From contig CM075993.1 of the NCBI GenBank assembly GCA_038087875.1, positions 11,162,001 to 11,226,000 on the forward strand: a DNA stretch of 64,000 nt, in the 5' to 3' direction. The number at the start of each line of letters is the position of its first letter. Within the stretch, counting starts at the first letter, position 1. This DNA is from Malacoraja senta. Taxonomy: Eukaryota. The position numbers and the translations under genes are program-made. Positions 25,688-38,579 of this stretch are shown piece after piece. The notes under the pieces are model-generated. The model was given only the letters and a program-made list of their open reading frames with translations. It ran no database searches and was not told where the DNA came from.

Positions 25688-26528
25688 AGATGGGCCTGAA
25701 TGGCCTCATTTCTGCACCTATCACATGTCCTTTGACCAATCATCTCCTTCACAGCCGATACCTTGTGGAGCTGCTATGTTCTTGCCTTGGATATGAAGGA
25801 ACTGCAGATGCTAGGTTGAAACCGAAGATAGACACAAAAAGCTGGAGTAACTCAGCGGGACAGGCAGCATCTCTGGGAGAGAAGGATTGGGTGATCTCGG
25901 GGGGGGGGGGGGAGCACAAAACTCCGAACAGACAGCACCTGGGGTCAGGATCAAACCCGGGTCTCTGGCGGCCTGAGGGGCAGCATCTACCGCTGAGCCT
26001 CCGTTTTGCTCAAGAAATCCAGCAGTTCATTTGTGCGTCTAAAAAGATGCAGTCAGTCCCCGACAGCTATGAACAGGGTTATTTTGTCCACTCATTTATT
26101 AGCTGGATCAGGCCTGCCGTGCAAAACCTTCTGGTGGTGTTTCTGCCAGACGGGGGATTCGGTGGAAGAATTGACAGGTTCTTCAAAGACCGTGGAAGGT
26201 GGCGGTGGCGAAGATTAGGGGCGGCCCCTCATTCCTGCCCCAAGCAGCTGGGGAACATGAGATGTGATCGCTGGCAGCGACGACACAACCTCCAGCCGGC
26301 AACTCGGGAAAGTTTCAGTGGAATTCCCTCTTCCAATGACATTAAACATTCCGAATAACTGCACATCGCGGATGCCCCGGGCTGTGACCACGTCGCCTCT
26401 CGGTTCTCTATTTGTAGATCACAGGATGGCAATGTTTGTAGCGTTTCATGATGAATTAATCAGTACAAATCCCCAAATAATAGCATAAATTATTATTGCG
26501 GCAACTGATTGTTTTCTCTCCATTTCAG

Positions 26529-26577
26529 GGTTATTGTAAATGATCAAATCCCGCAGGATGAGGCAGACTTCCTCCTG
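26529..26577 (+). other. Candidate small exon
   Basis: Acceptor ttttctctccatttcag, donor CTG|gtgagt, in unique sequence; the only open frame reads VIVNDQIPQDEADFLL (unrecognised). Confidence 0.3.
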
Positions 26578-27219
26578 GTGAGTAATGTACCAATAGTAGG
26601 GGGATTACACTCACAACACAGGCTCGCAATTTATGCAAAGATCACACACTTAACGATAAACAGAATCACTCTCGCTATCTTGTTTATTTAGGCACTAATT
26701 CAAAGGACGATTGTGAAAACATCACACGTTTTGTTTTGTTTTGACACAAGATGTCTGAGGCCCTGAGATGGCAATGGAAAGACCAACCTCAGTACCGAAA
26801 ATACACTTGGCTCGCAGGGGATTTAAGGGACTCTTGGCCCTTACTGAGATTATCGAGATGGTGTTTAGTTTAGGCTTAGTTTTGTTTAATTTTTAACAGC
26901 GAGGAAACAGGCCCTTCGGCCCACCGAGTCCGCACCGACCAGCGATCCCCACACATTGTCTGTGGAATTCTTCTGCCTCAGAGGCTGGTTCTCTGGATGC
27001 TTTCAAGAGAGAGCTAGATAGGGCTCTTAAAAATAGCGGAGTCAGGGGATATGGGGAGAAGGCAGGAACGGGGTACTGATTGGGGATGATCAGCCATGAT
27101 CACATTGAATGGCAGCGCTGGCTCGAAGGGCCGAATGGCCTACTCCTGCACCTATTGTCTATTAACACTATCCTACACACACTAGGGACATTTTTTTACA
27201 TTGATACCAAGCCAATACT

Positions 27220-27505
27220 AGGTAGCCCCGGCATTCCCTCTCTCTCTATCCCTCCCCCACCCAAGTCGCACCAGCTTCTCGTTTTCACCCAACTAACAGC
27301 TAACAATGGCCTGTTTCCTCTATCATCATTACTTTTTTGCATATCTTTTCATTCATTGTTCTTTATCTCTCCACAACACACTCTATATCTCTCGTTTCCC
27401 TTATCCCTAACCAGTCTGAAGAAGGGTCTCGACCCGAAACGTCACCCATCCCCTTCTCTCCAGGGATGCTGCCTGTCCCGCTGAGTTACTCCAGCTTTTC
27501 TGTGT
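27220..27505 (+). mobile_element. Penelope terminal-repeat fragment nested in an HE1 SINE
   Basis: Near-identical to 19325-19608; intact hammerhead-like core at 27416-27443. Confidence 0.8.
27416..27445 (+). ncRNA. Minimal hammerhead ribozyme-like core (variant A)
   Basis: ccagt-CTGAAGA-a-gggt(ctcg)accc-GAAA-cg-TC-accc. Confidence 0.6.
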
Positions 27506-29004
27506 CAACCTACAAACCTGGACGTCTTTGGAGTTGTTGACACAAGCTTTTCCATCGCACTCCACTACGGGTTTTCGGCATGTTGGACAGTTCCTCGCCC
27601 ACTCTGTGAGCAGGAACAGACCATTCGGCCCATACTCTTGGTGCAGCGGTAGAGTTGCTGCCTGACAGCGCCAGAAACCCGGGTTCGATCCTGACTGCGG
27701 GAGCTTGTCTGTACGGAGTTCTTACTTTCCCCGTGACCTGCGTGGGTTTCCCCCGGGTGCTCCGGTTTCCTCCCCCACTCTCCCAACCACGCACAGGTTT
27801 GTTGGTTAACATCCCTTGATTTCCTTAGCATCCAAACCCCACCAATCTCTGTATCAAATAGACTCAGACACAGAACTTCCATGATCTTTTGGATGGAGAA
27901 CTTCAAAGATTCGTCATCCGCTAGTAGATCTTTCCCCTCCACCCCTCACTCTGTGTCTGAGGGATTATTCCTACATCTCCCCGAGAGCTCCAAGACAACT
28001 TTGTCCTTCAATGAGACCTGCGTGGGTTTTCTCCGAGATATCAGTTTCCTCGCACACTTTGCAGGTTAATTGGCTTGGTATAGATGTAAAAAATGTCCCC
28101 AGTGTGTGTAGGATAGTGTCAGTGTGCGGGGATCGCTGGTCGCCACAGACTCGGTGGGGCCGAATGGCCTGTTTCCACGCTGTATCTCTAAACTATGAAC
28201 TAATAGAATAGAGACAGAGAGTCATATTGGCAGGCCCTTCGGCCCAACTCATCCTTGCACACAAAGATGCCCCCTCTAAGCTGGTCATCTAATGGCCCTC
28301 ATTAGTTCTCATATCCCTCTAAAACCTTTCCTATCCCTGTACCTGTCCAAGTGTCTTTTAAATGCTGTTGTAGTTCCTGCCTCTACTACTTACTCTGGCA
28401 GCTTGTTCCGTTTTCCACACCACCCTCTGAGTGAACAAGTTGCCCTCTGGTTCCTATTAAATCTTGCTCTTCTCATCTTAAACTTTTGTCCTCTGCTTTT
28501 TGATTCCCTGCCGTGTGTAAAAGACTCTGTACGTTTAACCCCCATCTATTCCTCTCATGATTTTATACACCTCTGTAAGTTCACCCCTCAGCCTCCTGCC
28601 TCCACAGTATAAGGTCCTAGTTGGCCCATTCTCGCCCTATACCCTCTCCTCATCACCCTTCTTGGTTACTAGTGGAATCAAGAATCAGGGGACATGGGTT
28701 TGAGGTGAGAGGGTGCCAGGTTTAATTAGGAACCTTAGAGGTGCCAGGTGTGTGTGAATGGAACAAGCTGCCAGAGGTGGTAGTTGAGGCAGGTTCAATA
28801 ACAACTTTTAACATTTCGACAGGTACATGCATAGAGGGGTATGGGCCAAATGCGGGCAAATTGGACTAGCTCTGATGGGACATCTTAGTTAGCATGGATG
28901 AGTTGGGCTGAAGGCCTGTTTCCCTGCTACATGACTCCACCACTTTCTAGTTTGTGAATGATCGCACAGTTTCTGAAATTCTGAATGTGTTTTTTGATTT
29001 GCAG

Positions 29005-29072
29005 ATCACTAATCAAAATTTAAGCAGGGCGGCCAACACAACGAGATATGAAGCCACATGCCTGGCCTCAAG
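29005..29072 (+). other. Candidate small exon
   Basis: Acceptor tgtttttttgatttgcag, weaker donor AAG|gtgact; open in frame with 26529-26577. Confidence 0.22.
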
Positions 29073-29302
29073 GTGACTACCCTGGCATGTTAACCACTGC
29101 ACTACCCTAGGGATGGGGAAAGGGGTGGGAGGGGGATGGATGGGGGTGGACAAGTTGTGGGTGGGGATGGTGTGGGGTGGGGAATGTGATGTGCTATGGA
29201 GATGGGGATAATGTGGGTTGTAGGACAGGGAATGGTGTGGGGTGGGGTGGGGTGGAGGGCGTAGGCTTGGAATTGGATGCTATCGGATGGAGATGGGATA
29301 GG

Positions 29303-30125
29303 GTTTGATTTGATTTGATTTAATTTATTGTCAGTGTCTTCAACTATTAGACAACAAAATTCTCCTTCCCCCAGTCATACAAACAATAAAAAAAATAAAA
29401 ATAAAAAATCCACAAAAACACAGAACACAGAAGTCCACAACACAAACATCCCCGCAGCGGCACCAAAGTTCCCCACTGTGAGGGAAGGAACCAAAGTCCA
29501 GTCAACCTCCTCACTGATGTTCCCCGATGTTCACCCGTGGTCGGGGCCTCCCGAGCACCCTGTAGTCACCACTACGGGCGGTCCGATGTTCAGGCCCTCT
29601 CGCCGGGAACCTCTCGTCGGCCACCCTCCACCGGAGTCCGCGGCTCCCGATGTCCACAGGCCGCGCTGGGCGGAGATTCACACTGGCGACCCCCCGGCAA
29701 AGGGTCCCAGGACTCCGCGATGTTGAGGTCAGCGCCGCCCGCGTTGGTGGCTCCGCACCCACAGCCCCGCGATGTTGGAGCAGCGGCCCCAACACTCCGC
29801 AGCTCCAAGCGGCGATCCCAGGTAAGGCCTCGCCCACTCCGCGATGTTTCCAGCGCCTCGCCGTCGCTGCTGAAGCTCTGGTCCGGTCCGGTCCGGCAGG
29901 AAAGGCCGCGCCAATCCAGTTAGTAGGCCGTGAGGAGGTGGGGGGGGGCGAGGGCGCGACTCAGATAATAGTCGCATCCTCGTCAGGAAGTGACTGAAGG
30001 ACAGTTTCCCCCTTACCATACCCTCTTCCCCCCACATAAAACACTGAATAAAACTAAAAAAACATACTTTAAACATAACAAAAAGACAAAAAGACAACCA
30101 GTGGGCGGAGGCAGCCACTAACAGC
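29303..30125 (-). mobile_element. GC/CpG-rich non-autonomous retroelement related to 20645-21507
   Basis: Same layout (5' T-rich/G-run segment, CpG-rich body, tgtatgactg...tgacaataaa tail, here ending (aaatc)n); splits a G-rich degenerate repeat. Confidence 0.55.
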
Positions 30126-30639
30126 GCCACTGGATGTCCAGGGTGGGGGATGGGGTGTGGGGTGGAGATAGCGTGGGGTGTAGGACAAGGAATGGTGTGG
30201 GACTGGGTGGAGGGTGCAGGATGGGATGGGGAGTAGGGTGGTGTGGGGTGGAGATGGGATGTGCTATGGAGATGGTGATGGGCTGAGAGATGGGGATGGA
30301 ATGGGAATAGAAATGTGATGTGGGAGTTGGGTTGTTTCCCACAGAGGAACGTCTCAGGTGAGCAGTGTGAGTTGTGAGGACCATCAATGGGTGCCATACA
30401 GGACCACCTGGGGCATCGGTCACGGGGCAGTGCCTACCTGACTCCAGCTCTGCCAGTCCGGACAGCTCAATGCAGTTCTGAGAGAGTGTTGGATGAACCT
30501 TGAATAGATCCAGTGGAGATGAGAATGCAGACACAAGCCTGGAGTAGGAGGCCACTCGGCCCATCAACCTGCTCTGCCAGCTCCCAAGATCATGACCTGA
30601 TCCAACTTGAAACTCAACTCTTTCTTCCCACCTGTCCCC

Positions 30640-30920
30640 TGGGCAGCAAGGTGGTGCAGGGGTAGAGATGCTACCTTACAGCGCCAGAGACCCAGATTTG
30701 ATCCTGACTACGGGTGCTGTCTGTACGGAGTTTGTACGTTCTCCCTGTGACCGCCTGGGTGCTCCCCGGGTGCTCCAGTTTCCTCCCACATTGCAAAAAC
30801 ATACAGATTAGTAGGTTAATTGGCTTTGGTAAAAATGGTAAATTGTCCCTAGTATGCAGGGTGATCACCGGTCAGTGCTGAATCAGTGGGCCGAAGGGCC
30901 TGTTTCCGCGCTGTATCTCT
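30640..30920 (+). mobile_element. HE1-type V-SINE
   Basis: Head, V-domain and tail motifs. Confidence 0.8.
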
Positions 30921-31579
30921 AATGTTCATAAGTACATGTTCATAAGATATAGGAACAGAATAAGGCCATTCGGTCCCTCAAGCCTACTCTATCTTTCCCT
31001 CTCAACCCTTAAAGTCTAAAGTAAAGTCTATCTCCAGTAACCTTTCAACACTGTCTTGCTGATCAAAAACCCCACTGCCATTTGAGAAAGACATGACCCT
31101 CTGAAAGAAAAGACATGGCCTCATCTCTGTTTTAAAAGAGCAACATTTATTTTTGGGTTATATCTTTGTATAATTTATATAAAATAGTGAGTGACCTGTT
31201 TGTCGAGGTTCTCCCACAAGAGGAATCATCCTCCCCACATCCACCCTGTGAAGACCACTCATCATCTTGTATGTTTCAATCACGTGCCCTGTCAGTTCTC
31301 CAAACTGTTGTGGATACGTCCAACTTTTTCCCATAGTGACCCACCCATTCCAGACAGTCTAATAAACCGTCTCTACGCTGCCTCCAACACACTTACAATG
31401 GAACTGCAGTTATCAAAAGAGGGAGATACTGCAGACACAACCTTTCCAATCTGAGGAAGGATTCTGACCCGGAACGTCACCTATTCCGTTTCTCCAGAGA
31501 TGCTGCCTGACCCGTTGAGTTACTCCAGAACTTTGTGTCTTTCTTCGGTATAAACCAGCATCTGCAGTTCCTTCCTGCC

Positions 31580-31850
31580 ATTTAGAACGGAGACGAGGAA
31601 ACACTTTTTCTCAGAGAGAATGGTGAGTCTGTGGAATTCTCTGCCTCAGAGGGCGGTGGAGGCAGGTTCTCTGGATGCTTTCAAGAGAGAGCTAGATAGG
31701 GCTCTTAAATATAGCGGAGTCAGGGGATATGGGGAGAAGGCAGGAACTGGGTACTGATTGGGGATGATCAGCCATGATCATATTGAATGGCGGTGCTGAC
31801 TCGAAGGGCCGAATGGCCTACTCCTGCACGGTCTATTGTCTATTGTCTAT
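31580..31850 (+). mobile_element. CR1 LINE 3' fragment
   Basis: PFRTETRKHFFSERMVSLWNSLPQ; (tctattg)n tail. Confidence 0.85.
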
Positions 31851-32039
31851 TACAATCAAAAGAGGTAATTGGACCACCTTCAGCTGCATGTCACTGTAAC
31901 ATCCCAACTCAACAACAAGGGCTTTGCTAGTGACCGTGGACAGGTCAGATTGATGTTGGCCGTGGTGAATGTCTTACAGTCTGTTATGAGGGGGGAAGTA
32001 CAGGTCCTCATCCCCCACCATCCCTACACTACCTCAAGC

Positions 32040-32930
32040 CAGCTACAGCACAGCTCACTGTAACCCAGCTACACCACACCTCACTGTAACCCAGCTACAC
32101 CACACCTCACTGTAACCCAGCTACACTGCACCTCCCCACCCCAACCCTACCTACAGCACACCTCACTGTAACCCAGCCACACCACACCTCACTGTAACCC
32201 AGCTACACCACACCTCACTGTAACCCAGCTACAACACCTCCCCACCCCAACCTTACCTACAGCACACCTCACTGTAACCCAGCTACAGCCACAGCTCACT
32301 GTAACCCAGCTACACCACACCTCACTGTAACCCAGCTACACCACACCTCACTGTAACCCAGCTACACCACACCTCACTGTAACCCAGCTACACCACACCT
32401 CACTGTAACCCAGCTACACCACACCTCACTGTAACCCAGCTACAACACCTCCCCACCCCAACCTTACCTACAGCACACCTCACTGTAACCCAGCTACAGC
32501 ACAGCTCACTGTAACCCAGCTACACCACACCTCACTGTAACCCAGCTACACCACACCTCACTGTAACCCAGCTACACCACACCTCACTGTAACCCAGCTA
32601 CACCACACCTCACTGTAACCCAGCTGCAACACCTCCCCACCCCAACCTTACCTACAGCACACCTCACTGTAACCCAGCTACACCACACCTCACTATAACC
32701 CAGCCACACCACACCTCACTGTAACCCAGCTACACCACACCTCACTGTAACCCAGCTACACCACACCTCACTGTAACCCAGCCAAACCACACCTCACTGT
32801 AACCCAGCCACACCACACCTCACTGTAACCCAGCCACACCACACCTCACTGTAACCCAGCTACACCACACCTCACTGTTACCCAGCTACAACACTCCTCC
32901 CCACCCCAACCTTACCTACAGCACAGCTTC
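32040..32930. repeat. Minisatellite: 26-nt unit with an interspersed ~30-nt variant unit
   Basis: ctcactgtaacccagctacaccacac repeated (e.g. 32054, 32080), punctuated by ctccccaccccaaccttacctacagcacac. Confidence 0.95.
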
Positions 32931-33317
32931 CCCAATCCTACATCACCCCAACTACAGCACAACTCAACCCACCCATCCCAACCCAACTACACAACATTCC
33001 TACCCTTCCTAACCTTATCCCAACCATCCTAGTCATCCATAGGTCACCAATCTAACCCCCCCCCCACACCTTACCTCACTGCCCCCAACTGATCCAAGAC
33101 CCTTCCCCATTCCAATCCCTCATGCTATCCACACCTTCCCCGTTCCAGCCCTCCTCACTTGTTCGAAGGTTGTTGAAGGCAATGATATTCTTTCTCTAGA
33201 AACCGGAGCACCCGGAAAAACCAACGTGGTCACAGGGAGAGTGTGCAAACTCCACACAGACAGTACCCGAGGTCAGGATCAAACCCGGGTCTCTGGCGCT
33301 GTAGGCAGCAACTCCAG

Positions 33318-33700
33318 CAGCTGTTAGAACATCAGGGCACAACATCTGGGGAACAGCTGGGCAGACACTGCCACCTGCTGCCCACAGCCGGCGCTGCAGG
33401 CACTGCCCAACTGGTCTCTGTCTATATCTGTCTGTCTCTCTCTCCCTCCCTGTCTGTGTCTGTCTCTCCCTGTCTGTGTCTGTCTCTGTGTCTCTGTCTG
33501 TCTCCAGCACCGCCACACAAAGCCCAGGTCGGTGGCTCAGTAATGACTCGCTGCCTCTGCCCTTCAATGAGCCCGCATGCCCGGCCCGGCCCGGCCCAGC
33601 CTGGCTGCTGCAGCCAGTGCGACCAGCAGCGAGCAGTGGGAGAGGCCGGACCTGGTTGTCTGGATGCACCGGGCCACTGCATCCCGCTGCACCCCACCTC
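33318..33700. promoter_or_regulatory. Candidate promoter/enhancer (E-box cluster next to a GC/CpG-rich unique segment)
   Basis: CANNTG at 33318, 33343, 33354, 33372 and 33408; AP-1-like tgactc at 33544; (ccggc)n segment. Confidence 0.3.
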
Positions 33701-34400
33701 ACTGTACCCCCTCCCCCATCGCGGGGCACTGTACCCCCAGTCCCAGGACCTTGCACCCCACACCCCCCCCGTCCCGGGACTGCACCCACCTCACTGCACC
33801 ACTCCCCCCCCCCCACCAACCCCCCCCCCCCCCACAGTCCCAGGACATTGAACCCCCACCCCCCTATAGCAGTACATTGCACTACCCTCCCCCCCCCGTC
33901 CCGTCCCGTGACTCTGCACCGCCCCCTCACTGTACACCCCCTCCCCTCCCCCTCTCCCGGGATCCTGCACCACCTCCCCTCCCCCATCGTGGGGCACCTT
34001 ACCCCAGTCCCCGGATCTTTCACCCACCCCAGGACTCTGCCCGCCCCCTTCACTGTACCACTAACCACCCCCCCCCCACCCCCCGTCCACGTCCCGGGAC
34101 CCTGCAACCCCACCTCCCCCCTCCCCCTGTAGTGTGACCCTGGGCCCTGGACCCACCCTCACTGCCCGGCAACTCTGTCCCCACCCACACTGCAGTGCAA
34201 CTTTGTAGCCCAACCCCCCTCTCCCTCCACCACCCCCTTCTGCACCCCTCCCTCTCCACCGTCCCAGGACCCGGCACCCATACAATCTCCCGGCACCTCC
34301 CCCCCCCCCTTCTGCCTTTGAACCCTGCACCCACCCCCTGTAGTGGGACCCTCCCTCCACCCTCCTCTCCCACTGTCCCGTGTCCCTGAACCCCCGTCCC
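33700..34400. repeat. C-rich low-complexity degenerate repeat
   Basis: Poly-C runs with recurring ctcactg(t/c)acc and gtccc(a/g)ggac motifs. Confidence 0.85.
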
Positions 34401-34934
34401 AACTTGTCCATGCCAGCTTGTCCACACCGACCAACATGCCCCATCTACACAAGTCCCACCTGCCTGCATTTGGCCCATATCCCTCTCAACCTGTCCTATC
34501 CATGTACCTGTCCAAATGTTTTTTATAATGGTTTGTGATAGTTAATAATCTTGTTAATGATGCTCCTTCTAGGAGGGTTCTGGGGAAAGTGCCCGCAAGG
34601 TGGGCGGGGGGTTTAGGGGTGGGATTGGGTGGGAAGGGATCCGTGGACCAGGAGACTCAGAGTGGTCGCTGTGCAAAGCGGAAATGAGGGGAGTGGGGAA
34701 GTTGTACGAGGGAATGGTATATTACTGGAAGTGGTGGAAGAGGCCAAAGATGATGTGTTGTAAGTGAGACTGGTGGGCTGAAAGGTGAGGGTCCAGGTAT
34801 CTCTAACGATGTCTACCTGGGATGAAGAAGATGGGGTGAATGAGAGAAGACTGTGGGAAATGGAGGAAACAACTGTTGATCAGTGTGAAGAAGAGTCTTT
34901 ACCCGAAACGTCACCCATTCCTAAACACCTGCTT

Positions 34935-35800
34935 AGTTTAGTTTAGTTTGGAGATACAGCGTGGAAACAGGCCCTTCGGCCCACTGAGTCCGTGCCGACA
35001 CCCTGCACACTAACACTATCCAGCACACACAAGGGACAATTGACATTTATACCAAGCCAATTAAAACCTGTACGTCTTTGGAGTGTGGGAGGAAACCGGA
35101 GCACCCGGAGAAAACCCACGCAGTCACAGGGAGAACGTACAAACTCCATGCAGACAAGGACCAATGGTCAGAATCGAACCCGGGTCTCTGTCGCTGTAAG
35201 GCAGCAACTCTACCGCTGCGCCACCGTGCTGCCCGTGGCTACAGTCGGGGAAGGAAGGGGGTTGTGGGGGGCATGTTTCTGGAGAAGGAGGACATTTGAG
35301 AGGTACCAGGACGGAAATCCCACACCATCTTGAGAACCTATGCGACAGAAGAGAAACTGAGAAGAAGGTGGCATCCTTCCTGGAGACAGGGTGGGAGGAG
35401 GTATAGGTGAGGTAGCTGAGCGAATCCACAGGTTGTGGTCAGGCTTTCTGCTCTTCTGTCTTCTGGAATGTCTTCCTTCTCCAGGTGAAGCAGGGATTCA
35501 CCCACACCTCTGCCAACCTGGTCTGTTGCATTTAGGGTGGCACAGCGGTAGAATTGCTGCCTTACAGTGCCAGAGACCCGGGTGCGATCCTGACTACGGG
35601 TGCTGGCTGTACAGAGCTTGTACATCCGGGTGCTCCGGTTTCCTCCCACATCCCAAAGATGTGCTGGATTGTAGGTTAATTGGTTTCTGTAAATGTGCCC
35701 TAGTGTGTGTAGGATAGAACTAATGTAGGGTGATACCTGGACGGCACGGACTCGATGGGCCGAAGGGCCTGCTTCTGCGCTGTATCTCTAATGTAAACTA
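34935..35800. mobile_element. Divergently oriented HE1 SINEs (- 34935-35233, + 35535-35800)
   Basis: HE1 motifs on both strands. Confidence 0.8.
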
Positions 35801-37394
35801 AAACAAGATAGTTGGTGCTCACAAAGTTATCTCCTCCAGATTGACGAGACCAAACATAGACTCCGCCACGAGCTCCCAGTGCCACACCAATCTGACTGTC
35901 CTGGGCCTCCTCCACTACCAGAGTGAAGCCAAACGCAAACTAGACAACCGGCACCTCATCTTCAACTTGAGCAGCCTACAGCCCAATGGCATGAACGTTG
36001 AAGTTTCTAAGATACCCCCACATCCCGTTTGTTTCTTTCCTACCTGCACCAGTCTACTCAAGGCCTCTCTTTCTTTGGTCACCTCTTCCATCCCTCCATC
36101 CTCTCATTACCCAGACTCATCACCCAGCACCTTGTTCCATCTGCCCATCTCCTCTCCCTCATCTGGTCCTGACAATCACCTACAATCAAAGATAGACACC
36201 AAATGCTGGAGTGACTCGGCGGGTCAGACAGCATCTCTGGAGACAGCTCAGAGTCATAGAGTGATACAGTGTGGAAACAGGCCCTTCGGCCAAATTGCCC
36301 TTGCCAGCCAACATGTCCCAACTACACTAGTCCCACCTGCCTGTGTTTGGTCCATGTCCCTCTAAACCTGTCATATCCATGTACCTGCCTAAATGTTTCT
36401 TAACTGTTGGGATAGTCATGGGATTTTTGTGTCTATCCGGTTTAAACCAGCATCTGCAGTTCCTTCCTACATATATCATGGACTACCCCCTGTGTCTCTG
36501 CCACAGAGGGTAGTTGAGGCCAGTTCATTGGCTATATTTAAGAGGGAGTTAGATGTGGCCCTTGTGGCTAAAGGGGATCAGGGGGTATGGAGAGAAGGCA
36601 GGTACGGGATACTGAGTTGGATGATCAGCCATGATCATATTGAATGGCGGTGCAGGCTCGAAGGGCCGAATGGCCTACTCCTGCACCTATTTTCTATGTA
36701 TCTATGTATCTATGTGTCTATTATTCCCCCTGTCCCTCCACACTGTTCTCCACCTACCCCCCCTCCCCCACCCCATCTACTTCCACCCGTCACCATTCTA
36801 CATCTCATTACGCCGGTTACATTCTCCGTACACTCAGTCATGAGGCAGGATCTCGACCCAAAACGCCAACTATCCCTCCGCCTCTACAGAAGCTGCCTGA
36901 CCCACCTCAGGTCATTGGTGGCACTAGAGTATCAGAGGGTTGGAGTAGAATGGAGTGCCGAGGGATGATCAGTTTCTTCCCAGCTGTTATCAGACCACTG
37001 AACCATCCTACCACAGCCAGAGAGCCGTCCTGAACTACTATCCACCTCATTGGAGACCCTCAGATTATCCTTGACCGGACTTTGCTGGCTTTACCTCGCA
37101 CTAAACGTTATTCCCTTATCATGTATCCATTCACTGTAAATGGCTTGATTGCAATCATGTATTGTCTTTCCGCTGACTGGATAACGCACAACAATAGCTT
37201 TTCACTGTATCCTGGTACACGTGACAACGAACTGAGCTGGGATTACCTGTCTCCACAACTTCAAGTTTCTGGGCGTTCACATCTCTGCTCCCAGCACATT
37301 CACACAATCACTGAGAAAGCTCATCAATGCCTCTACTTGCTTAGAAGTTTGAGGAGGTTCAGCATGTTGCCACATACTCAGAGAGTCATAGACT

Positions 37395-38368
37395 CTACGC
37401 CACATCTGCGCCCAGAATGAGGTTTTCCATACCAGGTCATCAGAGATGTCCTCATTTGTTAGGAAATGCGGGTTCCCCTCTTCCATTATAGATGAGGCTC
37501 TCACTATGGTCTCCTCGATATCCCGCAGCTCTGCTCTTGTTCCCCCTCCCCCCCATTCATAACAAGGATAAAGTCCCCCTTGTCCTCACCTTCCACCCCA
37601 TCAGCCGTCCGCAGATAATCCTCCAATATCTTTGCCACCACCAACGGGATCCCACTATTGGCCACATCTTCCCATCTCCACCCGTTTCTGCTTTCCACAG
37701 AGACCGTTCCCTCCGCAACTCCAAGGCCAACTCATCCCTTCCCACCCAAACCACCCCCTCCCCAGGTACTTCCCCTGCAACTGCAGGGAGATGCAACACC
37801 CCGTCCCTTTACCTCCCCCCTCGACTCCATCCAAGGACCCCGACAGTCTTTCCAGGTTAGGCAGAGGTTCACTTGCACCTCCTCCAACCTCATCTACTGT
37901 ATCCGCTGTTCCAGGTGTCAACTTCTCTACATCGGCGAGACCAAGCGCAGGCTCGGCGATCATTTTGCTGAACACCTCCGCTCAGTCCATCTTAACCTAC
38001 CTGATCTCCCGGTGGCTCAGCACTTCAACCCCTCCTCCCATTCCCACACTGTCCTGGGCCTCCTCCATTGTCAGAGTGAGGCCCAGCACCAATTGGAGGA
38101 ACAGCACCTCATATTTAGCTTGGGCAGCTTACACCCCAGCGGTATGAATATTGACTTCTCTAACTTCAAATAGCCCTTGCTTTCCCTCTCTCTCCATCCC
38201 TCCCCTTCCCATTTCTCCCACCAGTCAGATTATCTCCAATTACGTTCTATCTCTGTCCCACCCACTCTCCTGACATCAGTTTGAAGGTCTCGATGCGAAA
38301 CGTCACCCATTCCTTCTCTCCAGAGATGCTGCCTGTCCTGCTGAGTTACTCCAGCATTTTGTGTCTAC
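37395..38368 (+). mobile_element. Penelope-like element, longest fragment (linker, GIY-YIG endonuclease, terminal repeat)
   Basis: KDKVPLVLTFHP, QRDPTIGHIFP and FQVRQRFTCTSSNLIYCIRCSRCQLLYIGETKRRLGDHFAEHLRS; frameshifted. Confidence 0.9.
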
Positions 38369-38579
38369 CTTAGAGTCATAGAGTCATACAGCATGGAAAC
38401 AGGCCCTTCAGCCCAACTTGCCCATGCCGACCAACATGTCCCATCTACACATGTCCCACCTGCCTGCGTTTGGCCCATATCCCTCCAACCCTGTCCTATC
38501 CATGTACCTGTCCAAATGTTTTTTCCTCTATCGTACTTCCACAGGTCTACGGTGGAGAACATACTGGTTGCATTGGTTA

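Noticed and set aside
25690..26358. 222-aa ORF
   Set aside because: The first half is Penelope repeat and SINE sequence; the remainder has no recognisable domain or supporting splice sites.
30438..30498. Minus-strand exon candidate (VHPTLSQNCIELSGLAELES, donor gtaggc)
   Set aside because: Weak acceptor, no partner exons found, peptide unrecognised.
32040..32930. CRISPR-like or telomere-like array
   Set aside because: No unique spacers and no TTAGGG tracts.
33196..34480. Pro- and Gly-rich ORFs
   Set aside because: They arise from stop-poor C-rich low-complexity DNA in several frames at once.
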